Assembly (NCBI GenBank): GCA_047495785.1
Contig: JBLDXI010000015.1
Coordinates: forward strand, 2,294,001 to 2,358,000
Direction: 5' to 3'
From: Lepidodermella squamata
Taxonomy: Eukaryota; Animalia; Gastrotricha
DNA: 64,000 nt
Made by a program: the position numbers and the translations under genes. This document shows, one piece after another, positions 1 through 10,475 of the stretch. Every line of letters starts with the position of its first letter. Within the stretch, counting starts at the first letter, position 1. A model generated the notes under the pieces. It ran no database searches. It was not told the DNA's origin and saw only the letters and a program-made list of their open reading frames with translations.

Positions 1-822
1 CAATACGGGTCCAATCTGCTTGAGGTGTATAAGAAAAATTTCGAAGCTAAATTATGCGAGTCTCACAGCTCACCCATCTGGATGCATGACCACTGGCTCG
101 GCGTTCGTTCTTTTGAATTTGCTAACAACGCTGCGATTTTACGAAATTTCGCCGACTCGCGCATTCTCAATCACTCAGAGGCATCTGTTCACTTCGAAAC
201 GCCTTTCGCCGAGCCGCATCCGCTGTACCTAGCCAATATCGACCAGATTGAAACTTACGCCAAGCATGAATTGGATGCCATTGTCAGAAGAATAGCACAG
301 ATTGCTGACGGGGAAATGGGATTCATCCGCAGACTCCAAGATTTTCTGTGGAAAAGAGAGGACGGCTTTTTTGGAGCTCCAGTGCGAGTTTGGCGCTCAA
401 TGCAGGGCATCTGGTGCGCTGTCATTCGAATGCCTGAAAATCGCGACAGCCCTTTTGTGGAGCGCCATGGCCCTAACGGCTCATCTCCCGTTGATTGGGC
501 CATGGTTGAGCTTCCAGCTGAACTGTTGAGCGACGAGGATGGGCGAGTTATGACATTGGCGACTTCAGGCATCCTTATCGATCCAGACACGTTTGAGGGA
601 GCTCCGCAAACTATGCTGATAGCTACTACCGAAAAGCTGTGCTACCGGTTTGATAACGGCTTCATAGCGCGGTGGATTCGTCTCATTCCGATGCTCGATC
701 ACGAGAAAGGAGCTAGTATGAAGGGTGAGGGTAAATTCCCTGATGATCCAAGCGCAGTAAAATGGGCATTGGCAATTTGGAAACCTGCTGAAAATGTATC
801 GTCAACCACTGCAACTCTATAG
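1..822 (+). CDS. Hypothetical protein, 5'-truncated by window edge
   Basis: Frame open from base 1 (CAA TAC GGG...) to TAG at 820-822, with protein-like composition; AATAAA at ~866. No family recognised. Confidence 0.55.
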   Translation, partial: QYGSNLLEVYKKNFEAKLCESHSSPIWMHDHWLGVRSFEFANNAAILRNFADSRILNHSEASVHFETPFAEPHPLYLANIDQIETYAKHELDAIVRRIAQIADGEMGFIRRLQDFLWKREDGFFGAPVRVWRSMQGIWCAVIRMPENRDSPFVERHGPNGSSPVDWAMVELPAELLSDEDGRVMTLATSGILIDPDTFEGAPQTMLIATTEKLCYRFDNGFIARWIRLIPMLDHEKGASMKGEGKFPDDPSAVKWALAIWKPAENVSSTTATL

Positions 823-1084
823 CAGAGTTGATGTTAAACGGCAAGATAATTCAGAAGAGCAAATGAATAAACTAACGTGTTTTTCCCGTGGTTAAATGGA
901 AATATTTTTCACCTTAGAGTAGCGCCTAGAACATTCGACTTGTTTTTTTGTCCTTCAAGGTTAATGTATTTTGATTTCTATTGTTGTGTGAAAGCGCTTA
1001 TTCATTCGCAGTCGTGTTGTTGGTGGAAACACGCCAAACGTAGGCGTCGTTCACGCCGCAAAAACCAACGGCTTCTGAGGGTGG

Positions 1085-1091
1085 TATAAAA
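1085..1091 (+). promoter_or_regulatory. TATA box of the Sushi-domain gene
   Basis: TATAAAA ~55 nt upstream of ATG 1142. Confidence 0.55.
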
Positions 1092-1141
1092 ATCCTAAGC
1101 TGGCAGCTGCTTTTTCGCCATCATTTTTCTTTCCGTTTAAA

Positions 1142-2683
1142 ATGTCAGCCAAGCTCGTGATACCTTTGTTAGCATCTCTCGCGGCGGTCGCTCACGTAGA
1201 GGCAGCAATATACTGCTTCGAGGCTCCGTCTATCGACAATTCAGAATGTTACAAAGACAAGGAAAAAATCGATCCGGCAAATCCGAACTGGGTGTTCAAA
1301 TCAGGCGAATCCGTGGACTATGTTTGCCTGGCTGGGTTCAGACTTGTTGGAAATGCGAAAGTCACCTGTCAAGCGGATGGTACTTGGTCACCTAAGCCTT
1401 TGCCTCGCTGTGTTGCTGTTACTACAACAACAGCCCGAACAACAACCACAACAACAGCCCGAACTACAACGACTACGACTGCTCCGAGATGCCGCGGCCT
1501 TCCAACACTCGGCAATGGCGCCTGTCAAGTTGCTGGTGATGATGGCTCAGGAAGTTACGCTCGAGGGGCCGTTGCAACCTGTACATGCGGCGAAGGCTTC
1601 AGATTCGGCAGCGGCACTTCGACGACAGTGACTGTCACATGTAGTAATTCTGGAACTTGGCCAACTCCGACTGCTTGTAGTGCTATACCGGTATGCTCAG
1701 CATTCCCCTCCTTCACTGATGGAAGCTGTGCGAGATCTGACGGAAGATCTGGTCCGATGTATGTTGGTGTCTCTATAACTTGCACGTGCGTCAACGGTTT
1801 CAGCTCAAATGGAGCAGCTAACGGGGCGACTAGCCAAACGGCAACCTGCCAGTCCAAAGATTCATGGTCCGCTTTGAACAAATGCCAAGAAGTCCCGAAA
1901 GACTGTCCTAGTCCGCCGCAAATCGATGGAAGCGGCTGCTCGAACTGCCCAGCTGAAGGCGTTCCATCCACCGCTACTTATTCCCCAAATACCGTCGTTA
2001 CATATACGTGCCGTTCGGATTACAGGCTCGAAGGAAACGCTAGAATTACATGCCAAAGAAATGGAACATGGACCGAACTTCCAAGATGTATATTGCTGAC
2101 TACGACAACTAGAGCGACGACTACTACGGCAATCTCTGTCTGCCCGGGACCTCCAGCAGTTGACGGAGCTGGTTGTAATAACTGCGCAAGAGCCCTGCCA
2201 ATTTTCTACACCGGCGACCAGATCCGGTATACATGCCGCGATGGATATCAAATCGGTGGAAATCCGATCATTACTTGTTTGGCTGGTGGAGTTTGGTCTA
2301 AGCCTCCAGTATGTACTTCGATCAGCGGTGGTGCCGATACGACAACCACAACAACCACAACAACCACAACAACCTCAACGACGACCACTACTCAAGCCAC
2401 GCCAGACAGAATCAATACTAGTAACGGCAGGGGTAACGATGGTGTACCTGGCCAGGGCGGCTCCGGGAATCAGGGCAGTGGAGGAAACAGTGGAACCAAC
2501 AACAGCGTTAACGCTATCAATGGAGGTGGGTCAAATTCTCCTACGACAAAGAAGCGAGACGGCGATAGCAAAGAAAAAGACGGCGATAGCAAGGAGAGAA
2601 AATCGACCACCACAACTAGAACAACACCCAGAACTACTTCAACTACACGTGCTACAACAAGCCAAAATCGCCGAGGTCGCTGA
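1142..2683 (+). CDS. Secreted Sushi/CCP-repeat protein (5 CCP modules) with Thr-rich mucin-like linkers
   Basis: Signal peptide MSAKLVIPLLASLAAVAHVEA; repeated CCP pattern (Y.C..G..L.G...ITC...G.W....C); poly-Thr tracts; single exon; AATAAA at ~2742. Confidence 0.9.
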   Translation: MSAKLVIPLLASLAAVAHVEAAIYCFEAPSIDNSECYKDKEKIDPANPNWVFKSGESVDYVCLAGFRLVGNAKVTCQADGTWSPKPLPRCVAVTTTTARTTTTTTARTTTTTTAPRCRGLPTLGNGACQVAGDDGSGSYARGAVATCTCGEGFRFGSGTSTTVTVTCSNSGTWPTPTACSAIPVCSAFPSFTDGSCARSDGRSGPMYVGVSITCTCVNGFSSNGAANGATSQTATCQSKDSWSALNKCQEVPKDCPSPPQIDGSGCSNCPAEGVPSTATYSPNTVVTYTCRSDYRLEGNARITCQRNGTWTELPRCILLTTTTRATTTTAISVCPGPPAVDGAGCNNCARALPIFYTGDQIRYTCRDGYQIGGNPIITCLAGGVWSKPPVCTSISGGADTTTTTTTTTTTTSTTTTTQATPDRINTSNGRGNDGVPGQGGSGNQGSGGNSGTNNSVNAINGGGSNSPTTKKRDGDSKEKDGDSKERKSTTTTRTTPRTTSTTRATTSQNRRGR

Positions 2684-3272
2684 AAGAGAACGGTTGATTA
2701 GGAACCTATTGTTTATTTCGGTCATGTTATTTCTATATTCCAATAAAGTAATTCGCACTTTGCAAATTCAAGAATCGGTAGGGCAAAAGCCTGTTTAAGT
2801 GTTTTCTGTTCTACGTAGAAAAAGAATCGTGTACTAGTTTTCGGGGAGTTGAGATGAAATTGGATTTCTTGCCATGCTCACCAACACGAAAAGTCCGGGA
2901 GGATTACAGCAACGCCGTACTCGCCGTAGTACATGCGAAGGTGGCACAGGAAAACTGACGTTCACTGGGGACGCATCATTAGGTGTCAATCTAAAGTCGC
3001 TAATTCTTCGCTGAATAAAGTCCGAATCATGTCTGAAGTCTTGAGACAGGTTCAGCTTCGTAATTTTTGGAAAAGGCAATCCATTATATCGCAACAGAAA
3101 TCCGCGGGGGCATACTTATAAGTATGGATGAGTGCATTGTGGGCATGAAATACAATACATATTTTCTTCGTGAAACTCGTGGAGCAACTGTCCTCTCACT
3201 TTTGTCCAATAAACATCTCAAATTCCTGTATGGAATGTATAAGAAGGCAGGTAATCATTGAAATTCGGCGAT

Positions 3273-5644
3273 ATGAAAATGCGAATTGTTTTATTATCAA
3301 TCACAATCGTCGTCACAGCTATCTGTGGATGTATTGGGAATGCGCAAAAGGACAAGATGTTAAGGCTTGTAAGCTTCATCACGAGAACGCATGATATACA
3401 GAGAACAAATGGTACGGTTTGCCATGCTGCGTACCAAGTTGCAGCAGATGAGGCTAACAGGAGGCAAGATATCCTTCCTAATTACAGAATTGAAATTCAG
3501 ATTGAGGACGAGGCAACTAATTGACTGGGTGTAATACCGTCTGTCATCAAAGTTATGGAACAAGAACGTCTGAATTCTAACGGACAAAGCACTCTCGCCC
3601 CTGTTTTCATCGGTCAGCAGGTGAATTGTCAATTTTCCTCTTCCGTCATCGACTTTTACAATTCCTTACATTTTTCCTACGGATGCGGCACCTTAAATTT
3701 ACTACTACCTCGTGAACGTCATCGGGCGCTCTATCGGCCACAAGCACCGTTGGAAGTTCCTCTTTTCGGCGCGAGCAAATTCATCAAGGAAGTTGGAAAA
3801 TGGAAAAAGGTCGGCGTAATAACTTCGACGCGTCTTGATGACTACATACTGGGTAAAAGGTTCTATCAAATCGCGAGCGAGGCCGGTATCCAAGTTTCTA
3901 CAATCATTACATCGATCGATTTCACTGACACGAACTTTATACAAGAGATTGTTCAGAGCCAGACCAGAATTTTCTTTGTTGCTACGACTCAGGCAGCTCT
4001 TTGTGTTAAAATTTGGTGCCAAACATACCGAGCTGGCATTCGGGAGCCGCAGTACGTGTTTGTCGCTTCTTTTGTGTGCGTTCACTCCCCAGCAACAATC
4101 AATCAACCAGAATGCACAGAACCAGAAATGGTGGATAGGCAAATGCGGATCACATTCTGGATAGGCTTGTCTAAAGTTTATGGAAGTAATTATCAAGGTA
4201 AAAGTAGCTTGGGCTTCAATAACGTAGAATTCGAGCAACGCCTCACTGCGCTGATCGGGAGACGTGCTGATCTCGAAAGTGATTACTACGTGCGACTCTT
4301 TTGCCAAGATGTTGCTACAGCGGCAATTTTCACGCTGAACAAGGCGAAAGAAAGCTGAATTCCCTGTACAACGCCACCCTATCCGAGTATTGGAATAACT
4401 TGGAAATAGCCCAACCTGTTCTGAATCAGTCAGCAATAGAGTTGGACATTGCAACAACTCGAATAAGTCGCATAAAATTTTCGAAAAGACTGGAGGTTGA
4501 TAACGAGAATCTAACAGTATCTCAAATGGTTTACAAATCTATTAGACATCTGTACTCAGTTATACCTACTGATCTAGAAGCTAAAAGCATAAGTGTCGAA
4601 AACCTCCTTATCCAGCCGTATCACCAGCCTCCAATGTTACCGATCTGGTTTACACAGTCGGGACAACCACCGAAAGATCTGTCGGAAATCATAATAATTC
4701 ATACTAAATTCTCAGCGTCGGCCAAGTTCTCGCTAGTTGCTAGTAGGCTAGCATAGGCTAGCAAAGGCTTGGCAGCACAGGTTTTTCCATGACTTATACG
4801 TGCTATTCGTGGTTTCGTGCCAGTGGGGTAGATGCGCAATCACAGCCCTATTTCGATTTCTGGGCAATGATAATTGCTACGATTGGATGCTTGCTGTTGA
4901 ATATCGCTGTTTACGCGCAAATTTTGACGCCCTGGAGTTGTGAATGGATCGAAATTTTACCAGTGATCGCATTTGGCTTGATTGACGTAACGATCGTATC
5001 GAAAGCATTTTTCGTCTCCAGAATAGCTCAACAACCTCACCACAGTACTGCGACAACTTTCCGAACAAATATTTCGCGAATGACTTCGAGAACGCGCTCG
5101 AAGCGGGATGAGCCCATCAAGATTGAATGTGGTTTACGCTGCGATATCAGTGATCTTAGTTTCTGGTTTGTTGCTCTTCATTCGTCTTGCTTTAGTAGAT
5201 CCACCGAAGTTATTCATGCAGCAGAGCCCATTATCGTTTGATTCTTCGAAAGATGAGTATTTTGTGACTGTATCAGAGCGATGCTGGTCTGTGAATCAAC
5301 CAGCTTGGTTAGCTGGCTTCGCTTGCCTGAATTTTTTCACTCTGATTTGTGGAGCTTTTCTCCTGGTGTCGGTTAAAGGTCTAATAATTCCTGCTCGTTT
5401 CCAAATTGAAAGCATCGTGACAAAAATTTGCGCCGTCAATGGTCTGACACTTTTTCTAGCGGCGACTTTGGCATTTATATCCGCCGGAAAATGGCTCGAT
5501 CAGATCGTTGTTCTGGCTGCTAGCGAGATACTTTTTTCATTCACAATAAGCGTGATTTTGTTCTCGCAGATTTGGTACGCTAAGTGGAGGAAAGCTTTAT
5601 CGAAAGATGCATATCAAACCGATAGGTGCAAAACGCCTCACTGA
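3273..5644 (+). pseudogene. Class C GPCR (GABA-B-like, Venus flytrap + 7TM), disrupted
   Basis: Colinear with the intact paralog at 10476-12809. In-frame TGA at 3522-3524 where paralogs have Gly (ATN*LGVIPS vs ATNGFGVIPS), frameshift near 4347, and further lesions near 4740-4790 and ~5100. Confidence 0.85.
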
Positions 5645-5904
5645 ACTGTGAATGCTGGAAAATACTTGGAAACCAACCTTCATGTACCATGTATTCTCGC
5701 TTGTGAACCGACTTGTGATTACTGATCCCATTCCATGAGTTGGTTGTTAAACTAAACGTATAATTGCTAGTCAGCAATTATTTCATATGATTTGTACTTC
5801 ATTTGCGTGATTCGGCCCCTATCGCTATGAGCTTCGCACGCGTCTCTCAATCATAGCACGTGTGGCTAATGAATATTTCCCATTCTTGAAATTTTCGTAG
5901 TAAA

Positions 5905-6558
5905 ATGAAAATCACACTGATCCAATGTTTCTTGTCGCTTTGCTCGTTGCAGCTATCGTTCTCGTTACCTAGAAAAATATTTCATCCCGAGCACGATCAA
6001 AATCTAGAGACTTCTGATCAAGCGATTACTCCATCGAGTAAAACAGCGTTCGGAAATAAGAGGCAGAAGGATGCTCGCCCATCTTGGAAACGGAACTTTG
6101 AGCGTCAATTGTCAGAAGAGTCTCTTCTCGACATGGTAAGTAAGCAGCTGGCTGAAGTCATAAACTCGAAAGTATACATCAAGAAGGACGATAACTCGGA
6201 GAAATGGCATTGCGGTCATACTCCTGGTTTAGAGAAACTGACAAAGGCTCTGGCTCGTTTCGCAAACTGTACCCCAGGCTCAATGGGTAAGTTTTTCAAT
6301 GTTTTTCCACCTGCCACCACCTTAACAATTATAGAAACTTTTCTCTCAGCAAATATAAACGCTTGCTGCTTGGAACACGATAAGTGCTACGGCGAACACG
6401 GCTTACCTCGAGCAGTTTGCGAAGCTCGATTTTGCCTTTGCATGGTTTCTTCTGTCAAAGATCCAAGCCCAATGTGCTCGCTAACTGGCCTCTATTTCTG
6501 CGGATTTACAGCTGCTTATGGCGGCGATCATTTCGAAAAACTAAGCCGGTTAACCTAA
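5905..6558 (+). CDS. Secreted phospholipase A2-like protein, copy 1; join(5905..6286,6350..6558)
   Basis: Signal peptide, WHCG, catalytic CCLEHDKCY motif and C...FC.C. The 63-nt GT-AG intron sits at the same position as in copy 2. Confidence 0.85.
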   Translation: MKITLIQCFLSLCSLQLSFSLPRKIFHPEHDQNLETSDQAITPSSKTAFGNKRQKDARPSWKRNFERQLSEESLLDMVSKQLAEVINSKVYIKKDDNSEKWHCGHTPGLEKLTKALARFANCTPGSMGKFFNVFPPATTLTIIETFLSANINACCLEHDKCYGEHGLPRAVCEARFCLCMVSSVKDPSPMCSLTGLYFCGFTAAYGGDHFEKLSRLT

Positions 6559-6771
6559 GATATGCTCTTGATACTCTAACTAACCATGCCTGAGACTTCT
6601 GAAATGAATCACAAAAAATATAGTGATGACGATCCATCCCATAATCGAGAATTCAAATAGCTATGATCTACCTTAATTTCGAAAACCGAACGCATACAGG
6701 TTGTGGAAGATCATAGGTTGAAATAAATTATTTTGATTAATTGGCTCGATTACAAATAATGGTGTGTCAAG

Positions 6772-7490
6772 CTGAGTTCTCGCTAGTTGCGAGAGTTTAG
6801 CGGCGCCAGGTTTTCTATGACTTATACACGTGCTATTCGTGGTTTCGTGCCAGTGGGGTAGATGCGCAATCACAGCCCTATTTCGATTTCTGGGGAATGA
6901 TAATTGCTACGATTGGATGCTTGCTGTTGAATATCGCTGTTTACGCGCAAATTTTGACGCCCTGGAGTTGTGAATGGATCGAAATTTTACCAGTGATCGC
7001 ATTTGGCTTGATTGTTGATTGATGTAACGATCGTATCGAAAGCATGTTTCGTATCTAAAATAGCTCAACAACGTCACCGCAGAACTGCGACAACTTTCCG
7101 AACAAATTGGTATGATTGCCTGATTTTCTTCACAGTTGACATCAGTGACAACAGTTTGCGACGTCTAACACTTTATCTATAGCGGCAACTTTGGCATTTT
7201 TATCTGGCGGGAATCGACTCGACCAAATCGTCTTTCTGGCTGCTAGCGAGATAATTTTCTTATTCACAAAAAACGCGATTATTTTCTCACAGATTAGTTT
7301 TGTTAAGTGGAAAAAACCTTTATCAAAAGATGAGGATAAAACCGAAAGATGCAAAACACCTCATAGAAATTTGAGTTCAGGAAACAACATCATAATAGGG
7401 ATTGATATGGACATTTCTGGAGGTTTTTCGGAACTGCTTTTGGAAACTAACCTACTAATAATTCTCGCTAGTGAACCCAATGATTACTGA
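6772..7490 (+). pseudogene. Class C GPCR 7TM fragment (duplicated, internally deleted)
   Basis: Copy of ~4725-5640 lacking several hundred nt around 7108-7140; residual ORF ...DQIVFLAASEIIF...KTPH. Confidence 0.8.
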
Positions 7491-7685
7491 GTCCATGCTA
7501 AAAGTTGATAGATGTTCTAAACGTAGTATATTCGCCAATCAGAAAATATTATTATCCTTTGACTTCATGCTCATAATTCAGCCTCTATCGCAGTGCGCAG
7601 TGACCTTCGCACGCGTCTGTCCATCATAGCACGTGGGGTAATAGCGTAATAGCTATTTTTAATTCTTGAAGTTTTCGTAGTAAAA

Positions 7686-8191
7686 ATGGAAATCACACTG
7701 CTCCTGGGTTTATTCTCCCTTTGCTTGTTGCCGCCATCTTTCTCGTCAGAGGAGTCTCTTCTCGACTTGGTTAGTGAGCAGCTGGCTGAAGCCATAAACT
7801 CGAAAGTAAACATCAAGAAGGATGAGGAGGGAGGAGAGGAGGAGGAGAAATGGCATTGCGGCCATACTCCTGGTGTGGAGAAGCTGACAAAGGCTCTGGC
7901 TCGTTTCGCCGACTGTACCCCTGGCTCGATGGGTAAGATTTTCCACATCTTACCCTCCTTAACAAAGAAAAAAATTTGTCAGAAAATATTAACGCGTGCT
8001 GCTTGGAACACGATAACTGTTACGGTGAACAAAAATTGCCGAGAGAAGTCTGCGAAACTCAATTTTGCCTCTGCATGGTTTCATCGGTCAAAGATCCAAG
8101 TCCCACGTGCTCGCTAACTGGCCTCTCTTTCTGCGTAATTACAGCTGCTTATGGCGGCGATCATTACGAAAAACTAAGCCGGTTAACCTAA
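7686..8191 (+). CDS. Secreted phospholipase A2-like protein, copy 2; join(7686..7932,7983..8191)
   Basis: Signal peptide, WHCG and CCLEHDNCY; a 50-nt GT-AG intron restores the frame (MENINACC). Confidence 0.85.
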
Positions 8192-8272
8192 GATATGCTC
8201 TTGATACTCTAACTAACCATGCCTGAGACTTCTGAAATGAATCACAAAAAATATAGTGATGACGTGAATACT

Positions 8273-8303
8273 AAGTGGTTGTTTTGGCGCGTCGTTAACG
8301 ATA
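8273..8303. mobile_element. Solo terminal inverted repeat of the TA-MITE family seen at 42086-42286
   Basis: AAGTGGTTGTTTTGGCGCGTCGTTAACGA-TA closely matches the TIR at ~42258-42288. Confidence 0.7.
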
Positions 8304-8585
8304 TGCTGTAACGGAACCAAATTTTAGACTTTAGTAGTGAGCTCAAATCGCTTTTATGATATTTATTGCAGGTAAAGATTGGCCACAATAATTATAGAAA
8401 ATTCACCAGTGAATTGAGCGCAATATTCACGATAAGACGGAGTGTTCAATTCAGAATTCATGCTTAGCCTAAAAATCGTAAAAATATTCAAAAAAATGAC
8501 ACTTGGAATATTTCGAATTTTGTTCCGATACAGGATACAGCAAATTTGGTTCCGCTCACCGTAAATTTGGTTCCGCTAAAAGATA
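8304..8585. mobile_element. Dispersed repeat / MITE-like element with GGAACC/GGTTCC subterminal repeats
   Basis: Homologous to 20383-20698 (shared GAGTGTTCAATTCAGAA core; inverted AAATTTGGTTCCG repeats). Confidence 0.6.
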
Positions 8586-8898
8586 TTCCGGTTGGAATAA
8601 ATTATTCTTATTAATTGGCCCGATGACAAATAATGGTGTGTCAAGTTTAAGACACGATCGTGTCTGAGGGGTATCTGATTAATGTCTTATCGAGCGCCGC
8701 GTAAAGGTCATCCCACCATAGCGTCAACCCCCGAGCGTCACTGCGGTTTTATCTCCCGTCCTTATCTCACTTAGACTGGCCATTTCTCTAGTAAATCATC
8801 AATTTGGCAACTGGTGTGAACTCAGATAGAACTACCGGCGAGATGAACCCGGTGGACATTCGTGACTTGGCAAAGCTAACACCTACGTCAGACTAAGC

Positions 8899-8906
8899 TA
8901 TAAAAG
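8899..8906 (+). promoter_or_regulatory. TATA box of the trypsin gene, preceded by clustered GATA sites
   Basis: TATAAAAG; GATA-core motifs at 8686, 8749, 8762 and 8824. Confidence 0.55.
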
Positions 8907-8976
8907 AAGCCACAGTTAGCCGGAAATTTCAATCACTCCAAGCAATTACAACCAATCAAAAAGCTAATCTAAAACA

Positions 8977-9935
8977 ATGCAGTCTGTTCTTCTCCTAGTT
9001 GCCCTTCTATCGCCGGCAATTGTCCTTGCAGCCCCGGCGAACTTCGAAACTATCTGTAAGTAAAGTAATCTTTAATTTCAAACCTATATCAATTTCGGCT
9101 TTTGAGTACAGTGAAAGCCCTCCTGAAAGAAGACGATTATGCCGTCGAAACCCGAGCTTTCACTCAGCCTTCAACATGTGGCCGGAACAAGTACGACAAT
9201 TACAACTACATCCTACCCCAACCATGGATTGTCGGAGGCCAGAATTCCGCGCCAAACGCTCACCCGTGGCAAGTCTCTCTCCAGCTTAGAGGAGGACATA
9301 CCTGCGGTGGCAGTATCATCAACCAGAACTATATCCTAACTGCTGCCCACTGCTTCGGCGGTCTCTTCGGCGGCGGCGCCTCATCGTGGCGTGCCATTGC
9401 CGGCAAACACTCGATCAGCCAAAAGGAATCTTCGGAGAAAGCCTACGACGTAGCCTCTATTATCAAGCACGAGAATTATAACTCCCGCACTAGCGCTAAC
9501 GACATTGCTCTTGTAAAACTCTCTTCGCCAATCACGTTCACCGATGAAATTCAACCAATCTGCCTGCCGAGCGCTTCAATTGGCTCTTTGGAGGGTAGTA
9601 ACGGTATTGTGACTGGCTGGGGAGCACTTCGTCAGGGTGGTCAGGGCGCAACGCTGCTGCAGGAGGTTCAAGTGCCAATCATCTCGAACACTGTCTGTCA
9701 GCAAAAGTACTCGAGTGCGAAAATCGACGGTGGTATGCTCTGCGCTGGTTACGACGCCGGAGGTAAAGACGCCTGCCAGGGTGACAGCGGTGGTCCCTTC
9801 ATCGTTAAAGACAACGGCATGGCAACTTTGGTTGGTGTTGTGTCCTGGGGCGAGGGCTGTGCTCAACGCAATAAACCCGGTGTCTACGCTCGTGTTAGCA
9901 ACTACATCTCTTGGATCAACACAAATGCCAAGTAA
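8977..9935 (+). CDS. Secreted trypsin-like S1 serine protease; join(8977..9055,9112..9935)
   Basis: Signal peptide MQSVLLLVALLSPAIVLA; 56-nt phase-1 intron; IVGG, TAAHC, DIAL and DACQGDSGGP (complete triad, Asp189 pocket). Confidence 0.95.
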
Positions 9936-10475
9936 ACAGAACTCTGGCGTTCTCACGTTGACATTCATATTTATAGTAATCTAGCGAATTTTGAATTTAG
10001 TTATGAAATCGTATTTTCTACCCGCTATGCTGGTTCATGCGAAAAATAACAAATAATAAAACTGAATAGTTTAACATCTCTGCCTAGTCTTGTGAAGACG
10101 ATTCTTGATCATTCGTTGAGATCATTCGTTGAGAGTATGTCTAATGGGCGCTATTCAGTCCAACGATCAAGGTCATTCCAGCCTAATTATGCTCGAGACA
10201 CCAAAATAAGGAAATCAACAGGAAAGGTTTTTGCATATTGGCTTCAGCTAAGAAACCTTTGCCCATATTAGCACGTACTTCGCATTTCTGAAGAGTCCTA
10301 CAAGTCACGTAGAGTCGCTAGAGATGAACTAGTAACTTGGCTCATCCTTACTCGAGGATATCGACCAGGTTGTTTGGCCTCCTCTTCTTACATCATTAGG
10401 TGGCATATTTAGGAAATTGTGAAAGATCTGTTCACTTATTTTCGCCCTCCTCGCAAAAGACATCAAAATTGTGTC

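Larger units (their letters stand above)
4722..8645 (+). repeat. Tandem segmental duplication (~4722-6771 and ~6772-8645) carrying a GPCR 3' part plus a PLA2 gene
   Basis: Near-identical blocks: ~4790-5070 vs ~6818-7107, PLA2 3' end/UTR ~6470-6630 vs ~8103-8263, and 6720-6771 vs 8595-8645. Confidence 0.9.

Noticed and set aside
3522-3524. In-frame TGA as selenocysteine or readthrough codon
   Set aside because: It aligns to Gly in the paralogs (a single GGA>TGA change would explain it), and the gene has several other lesions.
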